Part shown: positions 52,957 through 58,198 of the stretch, one piece after another
Layout: each line of letters opens with the position of its first letter
Position numbering within the stretch: position 1 is the stretch's first letter
From: a virus
Lineage: Duplodnaviria > Caudoviricetes
Direction: 5' to 3' (one strand)
DNA: 58,198 nt
IMG/VR virus record: IMGVR_UViG_3300020215_000057
Span: 1-58,198 of that record
The notes under the pieces: model-generated
Databases searched by the model: none
What the model was told of the DNA's origin: nothing
Seen by the model: only the letters and a program-made list of their open reading frames with translations
Made by a program: the position numbers and the translations under genes

Positions 52957-54470
52957 ATAATTCTAGAGAGTACGCCGCTAAACTTAAAAAGCTTCAGCTC
53001 CTAGAGCAGCGCGAGAAGATGCGCTTTGAACTTCCGCACCTCTATGGCTTTCCATTATACAGTTGGGCTGAGGAGTTCATTTACTCTGATGGCGGTCCAG
53101 GGCGCATGCTCCTGCTCTGTGCTGCGAATCAGGTGTCAAAGAGCAGTACTCTCATCCGAAAGAACATCACACTCGCCACTGATAAAACCCTCTGGCCTAG
53201 GTTCTTCCCACGGCGTGAGCCCATGACCTTCTGGTACGTCTATCCTGACGAGAATAAGATCGAGGAAGAGTTCAGAGATAAGTGGGTGCCTGAGTTCCTA
53301 CCGCGCGGAACGATGAAGGATGACCCTATCTATGGCTGGCGAGAAGTTAGATCCAAGCAAGGCAAGCTTAGTGTGCATTTCAATAGCGGCGTTGTAATCG
53401 CCTTTAAAACCTGGAAGTCAGATCTTCAGTCAGGAACCTTAGACATGGTTTCAGTCGATGAGGAACTGCCAGCGAAGCTATACCCGGAGCTTGCGCTGAG
53501 ACTTTCCAGATACGCCGGGATTTTCGCGATGGTGTTTACAGCGACCTTGAATCAAGATTTCTGGTTTCGTGCGATCGAACAGCGCGGTAAAAAAGATGAG
53601 ACCTTCGTTCATGCGAAGAAGTGGCAAATATCCATGGAGCATGATTGTAAGGTCTATGCTGATGGATCGCCAAGCCCATGGACTGAGGAAGAAGTAAATC
53701 GCGTTAAGAACTCCTGCGGCTCTCAAACAGAGATTGATCGTAGGGTGCATGGCAGATTTGTGACTGAGGTTGGTGTGAAGTACTCAAGCTTCTCTCGTGA
53801 GAAGAACGTCAAACCCGCCTCGCCAACGCCCAAGGGCTGGCACTATTACTCAGGCGTTGATATCGGCTCAGGCGGAAAAAACCATAAGGCTGCGATAAGT
53901 ATCGTGGCGGTGAATCCCTCCTACACCTACGGAAAGCTCGTAAAGTTCTGGAAGGGTGATGAGTCACACGAGACCACCAACGATGACATCTTAGATAAAT
54001 ATAAAGAAATGACCGCCGATATTCCTGTCCTTGACTGTGAACAGTATGATCATCGGGCGCGTGATTTTTTCCTCACTGCGGAGCGAGCTGGCTTTTCATT
54101 TCAGAAGGCTAACAAGGACCACGGCGAGGATATGCTCAATATGCTCTTCAAGAACCAGATGCTGGATATTGAGGAGGGCGAGCTCACGGATGAGCTCGTT
54201 ATTGAGCTATCTACTCTCAGAGTGGATACAGCTAAGACCGTAGCGAAGGACGATGGCATTGATTCCCTCCGTTATGCAGTAAGTAGTGTTGAGTGGGATC
54301 TTTCCCGCATTCAATCAAACACGCTCATCGAGTTTAAAAAGCAGAGTCAAAAGAAAATAGAAACAAGCAATGAATCACATAGAGGCGATCCAACTCTTCA
54401 GCCTGAGCCCAACGAATGGGACTCAGATCAAGAGATCGACGACTGGAACGACCTACAAGGAGGTTTTTAA
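52953..54470 (+). CDS. terL: Terminase large subunit (phage B)
   Basis: AANQVSKS Walker A variant, SVDEE Walker B, FTAT, GVDIG, DDGIDSLRYA. Confidence 0.9.
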   Translation: MNNSREYAAKLKKLQLLEQREKMRFELPHLYGFPLYSWAEEFIYSDGGPGRMLLLCAANQVSKSSTLIRKNITLATDKTLWPRFFPRREPMTFWYVYPDENKIEEEFRDKWVPEFLPRGTMKDDPIYGWREVRSKQGKLSVHFNSGVVIAFKTWKSDLQSGTLDMVSVDEELPAKLYPELALRLSRYAGIFAMVFTATLNQDFWFRAIEQRGKKDETFVHAKKWQISMEHDCKVYADGSPSPWTEEEVNRVKNSCGSQTEIDRRVHGRFVTEVGVKYSSFSREKNVKPASPTPKGWHYYSGVDIGSGGKNHKAAISIVAVNPSYTYGKLVKFWKGDESHETTNDDILDKYKEMTADIPVLDCEQYDHRARDFFLTAERAGFSFQKANKDHGEDMLNMLFKNQMLDIEEGELTDELVIELSTLRVDTAKTVAKDDGIDSLRYAVSSVEWDLSRIQSNTLIEFKKQSQKKIETSNESHRGDPTLQPEPNEWDSDQEIDDWNDLQGGF

Positions 54471-54778
54471 TGTCCACTGAAGCAAATGAAAGCGCAACTC
54501 AAATCGATCCACAGGCTCTGGTCTCTGTGATCGAAGCACTCGCCAAGGCTGGTGCCAGACATTTTAGTTGGGGAAATATGTCGATTGATTTCGTCGAAAA
54601 GCCCGCAACGCAAGAACTTCATATCGATATGGCCGAGCACATGAAGGAACAGAATAACGAATCTGAGTACGAAAAATTAATGAGAACGAGAAAAGAATAT
54701 CTAGAAGCGCAGGACGATGACCTGGTGATCACGGATCCAGAGGCATGGCTAGCGAAGGAGACCTCAGGTGGAAATTAA
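54470..54778 (+). CDS. Acidic hypothetical protein
   Basis: AAGGAGG RBS; between terL and portal. Confidence 0.7.
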   Translation: MSTEANESATQIDPQALVSVIEALAKAGARHFSWGNMSIDFVEKPATQELHIDMAEHMKEQNNESEYEKLMRTRKEYLEAQDDDLVITDPEAWLAKETSGGN

Positions 54779-56939
54779 ACTTAAAGAGCTTACGGAGCTT
54801 AACGAACTCTACGATCGCGCTGATATGACCGATAAGAAGGTCTTTGCTGAAATGAAAAGCAATATCCTTCTCATAAATAACGAGCATTATAAAAAGTATT
54901 CGACAAAGCTCGACGCTACACTGAGAAACGCTGGCGTTAGCAAAGATCGGCGCCTTCGCCTAACTAAGAACCACACGCAGAAGATCACCTCAGACATCAA
55001 GGATATCTTTGTTTCTCAGATGTCAGCCTTTAAGCCCTGCCCTCGTAACGAGAACGAGATGTCAGATTCAAAGGCCGCGGAGCTTGCAAACTCTGTATGG
55101 CAGTGGGGTAGTGAAAAGATCGAGTGGGATGATTTTGTCGATCGTGCGGTGAATAGCTTTGTCGATATTGGCGAGGTTGGCTCTAAGGTATTCTGGGATC
55201 CGAACGCTGGCGACATAAAGGGTTATAATCAAAAAGTAACGGCTGAGGGTTTGCCTCTATTTCAAACGCCAGATGGTCAGATTACAACTCAATCGCAAGA
55301 TCAGATGGGCCTTATCAAGTATGCGCCTTTAGCTGATAAATCAAAGCCTGTTTTTTCAGGGCGCCTTTTGGTTGAGCCGCTTTATTGCTTTAACCTTCTT
55401 CGCGATCCTTCAGCGCAGTTAATGAAGAATTCCCCTGTAGTGATTTATCGCCACATGAAGGATCTTAAGGCTGCAAAACTTTTGGCGAAGGATGAGGAGA
55501 CGAAGAATAAGGTCATCGAGAGTGCGAACCGCACCTATAAAATCTTCGATTCCACGAGCGGCGAGTTCTATGATTCTAAAAATCAAGTAATGATAAGGGA
55601 GTTTTACTATAGGCCATGTCACGAATATCCACGCGGTTATTTCTACATATGCACCGAGGATGCGATCCTCGATCATGGAGAAATACCCTTCGGTGATCTT
55701 GGTGAGATTGCCTTCCCTATTAAGCACACAGGCTACGACATTATTGAAACTAGCCCGCGCTATGCCTCGCCAATCAGACCACTACGCCCACTTCAGGCTG
55801 AGGTGAATCGCACGGCCTCGAGCGAAGCTGAAACACAGATCACTATGGGCCCAGATAAGGTGTTCCTCAAGGTCGGTGGCACGATCACTAAGGGTGCAGA
55901 GATGGCAGGGATGAGGGCCTATCACACCTCAGGGCCCGCGCCAACGGTTGTTCCTGGTCGTTCAGGCCAGCAGTATGTTGGAACTCTAGAGCGTGCGATT
56001 AGTGAAATGTACTTAATCGCAAAGCTCCCGGAGAACGCCAATCCTACGGCGAATGTCACCGATCCTAGAAGTGAGCTTTATAAGTCGGTTCGTCAGAAGG
56101 CTAGATTCTCGCGCCAACTTTCTCGTCTTGAGCGCTATTTCAAGTCCATCGTGAATACCTGGATATTCCTTGCTCAGAAGTATCTCGACGATCAGGAAGT
56201 GATCAAGGCCACTGGTAAGTCTGAGGCTGTGAACATTCCTGAGTTTAAGCAAATCGAATCAAGCGATTTGGCGATTAAGATCGAGCCCGTGAGTGGTGAT
56301 TACAACACCATGTTCGGAAAGTCCTTAGAGATCGAGATGATCGCGCAGTATCTGGGTAAAGATTTGCCAGATGATATGAAGGCCGCTTTAGTGCGAAGCC
56401 TACCGTTCATGAATAAGGAGCCTGTCATTCAGCAATTGATGACCCAGTACGATGCTCCGATGAACATGCTCTTGGCACTGGATCGTGGCGAGGATCATAT
56501 TCCTAATAAGTACTCTGATGAAACCGTAATGCTCAAAGCGCTTTACCTGAGACTTCAAAAAGCGGATTACGATCTTCTGCCGCCTGAGGTTCAGGCTAAG
56601 TACGCTGAAGTGATCACCGCCTATGAAGAGATCGCAGCGATGAAGGCTGAGGAAGCTCTTCGTTTACAGAAGGGTATGATCCCTACGGGCGGAAATCTCG
56701 TCAAGGTCGATTACTACATCATGGATGAAAACGGTAAGCAGATCCGCGGTACCTTCCCTTCTGAGTCGCTTGATTGGTTGAAAGAGACCATAGCAGCGCA
56801 GGGGATGGCACAAGAGCGCCTTGAACAAATGGCAAATTCTCAAGGCCTAGTCGATATCGGAAGCCAAGTTCCATCACTTAATGAACCTAATATGCAGCAA
56901 CAACAAATTCCAATGGAGGGAATGAATGGAAGTTTCTAA
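54768..56939 (+). CDS. Portal protein (phage B)
   Basis: 723 aa after terL; D.KAAELA, GEVG.KV.WDP..G, EFYYRP..EYP.G, LRPLQ.EVNR. Confidence 0.8.
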   Translation: MEIKLKELTELNELYDRADMTDKKVFAEMKSNILLINNEHYKKYSTKLDATLRNAGVSKDRRLRLTKNHTQKITSDIKDIFVSQMSAFKPCPRNENEMSDSKAAELANSVWQWGSEKIEWDDFVDRAVNSFVDIGEVGSKVFWDPNAGDIKGYNQKVTAEGLPLFQTPDGQITTQSQDQMGLIKYAPLADKSKPVFSGRLLVEPLYCFNLLRDPSAQLMKNSPVVIYRHMKDLKAAKLLAKDEETKNKVIESANRTYKIFDSTSGEFYDSKNQVMIREFYYRPCHEYPRGYFYICTEDAILDHGEIPFGDLGEIAFPIKHTGYDIIETSPRYASPIRPLRPLQAEVNRTASSEAETQITMGPDKVFLKVGGTITKGAEMAGMRAYHTSGPAPTVVPGRSGQQYVGTLERAISEMYLIAKLPENANPTANVTDPRSELYKSVRQKARFSRQLSRLERYFKSIVNTWIFLAQKYLDDQEVIKATGKSEAVNIPEFKQIESSDLAIKIEPVSGDYNTMFGKSLEIEMIAQYLGKDLPDDMKAALVRSLPFMNKEPVIQQLMTQYDAPMNMLLALDRGEDHIPNKYSDETVMLKALYLRLQKADYDLLPPEVQAKYAEVITAYEEIAAMKAEEALRLQKGMIPTGGNLVKVDYYIMDENGKQIRGTFPSESLDWLKETIAAQGMAQERLEQMANSQGLVDIGSQVPSLNEPNMQQQQIPMEGMNGSF

Positions 56940-57858
56940 TGAAACCGTAATACCAGTAGACAACGCGAGCGAAGCCCCTGAGGCGACGCTTGAAATAGCT
57001 CAAAGCCAAGCGCCACTTTCTGATGAGGTGGCACCAGCGGTCAAAGCCGAGCCGGCACAGCCCGCCTATACGCCAGATTACACCTATAAGGTCGTAAACG
57101 AGGTTAAGGAGTTCGATCCAAGAATCAAGGGGCTTATTAAGTCTAAGGAAGATGAGCAGTGGGCACGCGACCTTGTAACGAAGGCTGAGGGCCTTGAAGT
57201 AAATAAACGAAATCTCGAGATGACAGCCCGCGAGCGCGATCAACTCAAAGCTGCGTACATGCCGCTTCAAAAGGACGTCACTCAAGTTTTACATATGATT
57301 GACAAAAAAGACTATCCTTCGCTGTTTGCTGTGCTTGGCGTGGATAAGAAGGACATTCTTCAGTGGGCCTATGAGGAAGTCACTGTACAGGAGTTGCCGG
57401 AACACCAAAGAAAGGCATATAATGAGCGAAACGAGCTTTCTCGCAAGCACTACACTCTTGAGCAGCAAAATCAAGAAATGCGCGAACAGCTTCAGCAAAT
57501 TCAGCTCACGCAACGCCAAACTGAGCTCACAAATATTGTAAATTCAGGCGATCACGCTTCGATCGTAAAAGAGTTCGACCAACGAAATGGTCCAAACGCT
57601 TTCTATAACGAGGTTGTTCGCAGAGGAGTAGCTCACGCTACGGCCACGGGAGAGACGAAATCTCCGCAAGATGTGATTAATGAAATTATCACTGTCTATG
57701 GTCTAAAGAGAGAGGCTCCAAAAGCTACGAATATGAGTTCAGGACAGGGCGCTTTACCAGTGATTCCGAACACCGGAAGTAGTGGTGCAGCTCCAGTCAT
57801 GAAAAAAATCAAAACGGTAGAGGAGATGAAGGCATACGCCCAAACCCTCGAAGACTAA
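56926..57858 (+). CDS. Scaffolding protein (phage B)
   Basis: Acidic N-terminus, coiled coil; between portal and capsid. Confidence 0.65.
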   Translation: MEVSNETVIPVDNASEAPEATLEIAQSQAPLSDEVAPAVKAEPAQPAYTPDYTYKVVNEVKEFDPRIKGLIKSKEDEQWARDLVTKAEGLEVNKRNLEMTARERDQLKAAYMPLQKDVTQVLHMIDKKDYPSLFAVLGVDKKDILQWAYEEVTVQELPEHQRKAYNERNELSRKHYTLEQQNQEMREQLQQIQLTQRQTELTNIVNSGDHASIVKEFDQRNGPNAFYNEVVRRGVAHATATGETKSPQDVINEIITVYGLKREAPKATNMSSGQGALPVIPNTGSSGAAPVMKKIKTVEEMKAYAQTLED

Positions 57859-57878
57859 TTTTTTCAATGGAGTGAAAA

Positions 57879-58198
57879 ATGACAGCCTCTTATAATGACA
57901 TGTTAAATGATCATTTACATTATGATCTATTAAAAGAAAAACTCGAAAAGAAGAACTACATCTGGAAAACCCTTGAGCATGACGACGACGTCAGTGGCGA
58001 TATCATCGTCCCTTTCGAATCTTCTCGTGCTTCAAGCGTTAAAGCCGGTGGCGGCCCTACTGCGGTATCTGCCATCTCTAAGCACGCTAACGTGCGCGGT
58101 TCAATTGCGTTCGCAAACCTTCCAAAGCGTTGGGGTTCACTTATCTTCAATTGGGAAGATATTTTAAACCACGATGGTCGCATAAAAGCAAAGAGCTA
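57879..58198 (+). CDS. Probable major capsid protein, truncated by window end
   Basis: GGAG RBS; open frame MTASYNDMLNDHLHYDLL.. to the end; position after scaffold. Confidence 0.6.
   Translation, partial: MTASYNDMLNDHLHYDLLKEKLEKKNYIWKTLEHDDDVSGDIIVPFESSRASSVKAGGGPTAVSAISKHANVRGSIAFANLPKRWGSLIFNWEDILNHDGRIKAKS

Larger units (their letters stand above)
39935..58198. mobile_element. Phage B (partial): second phage with an unrelated head module
   Basis: Second terminase, portal and scaffold; own resolvase, recombinase and operator set. Confidence 0.8.

Noticed and set aside
1510-57519. Numerous antisense or alternate-frame ORFs in the track (e.g. 1510..2040, 19210..19728, 21010..21507, 36621..37151, 47342..47812)
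   Set aside because: They shadow well-supported genes and lack an RBS or recognisable motifs.
1-58198. CRISPR array or cas genes
   Set aside because: No regularly spaced repeat-spacer array or Cas motifs seen; the 20-bp operators are dispersed.

Overview
The whole window is phage DNA and appears to hold two temperate phages of the same host. Phage A (8..39934, about 39.9 kb) looks complete. It has a variable nin-like region, ParB-methyltransferase, terminase, P22-like portal/scaffold/coat/gp4/gp10/ejection genes, tail fibre, lysis genes (CHAP), HNH, phosphoesterase, a toxin-antitoxin pair, lipoprotein morons, cI/cro, a Rad52-like SSAP, xis/int, an intact attP (3' half of tRNA-Leu UAA) and replication genes (initiator, primase, DnaB, RusA). 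It is bounded by an exact 96-bp direct repeat (8..103 = 39935..40030). Phage B (39935 to window end, partial) has a homologous but reshuffled nin region, a second closely related phosphoesterase, RuvC, a Gly-rich fibre cassette, a minimal tyrosine recombinase and a leftward early operon under a sigma54-type promoter. Its packaging/head operon is unrelated to A's and carries a CarF/TMEM189/FAD4-family lipid desaturase between the probable terS and terL. The other main observations are a tRNA-like ncRNA present in both phages with covariation, a 20-bp operator repeated five times in B, host-type signals (sigma54, sigma28, Fur, CsrA), a DUF4160/BrnA hybrid TA pair and a Cys-type S74 chaperone on an ejection protein. 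All calls come from motif recognition by eye; no database searches were run.
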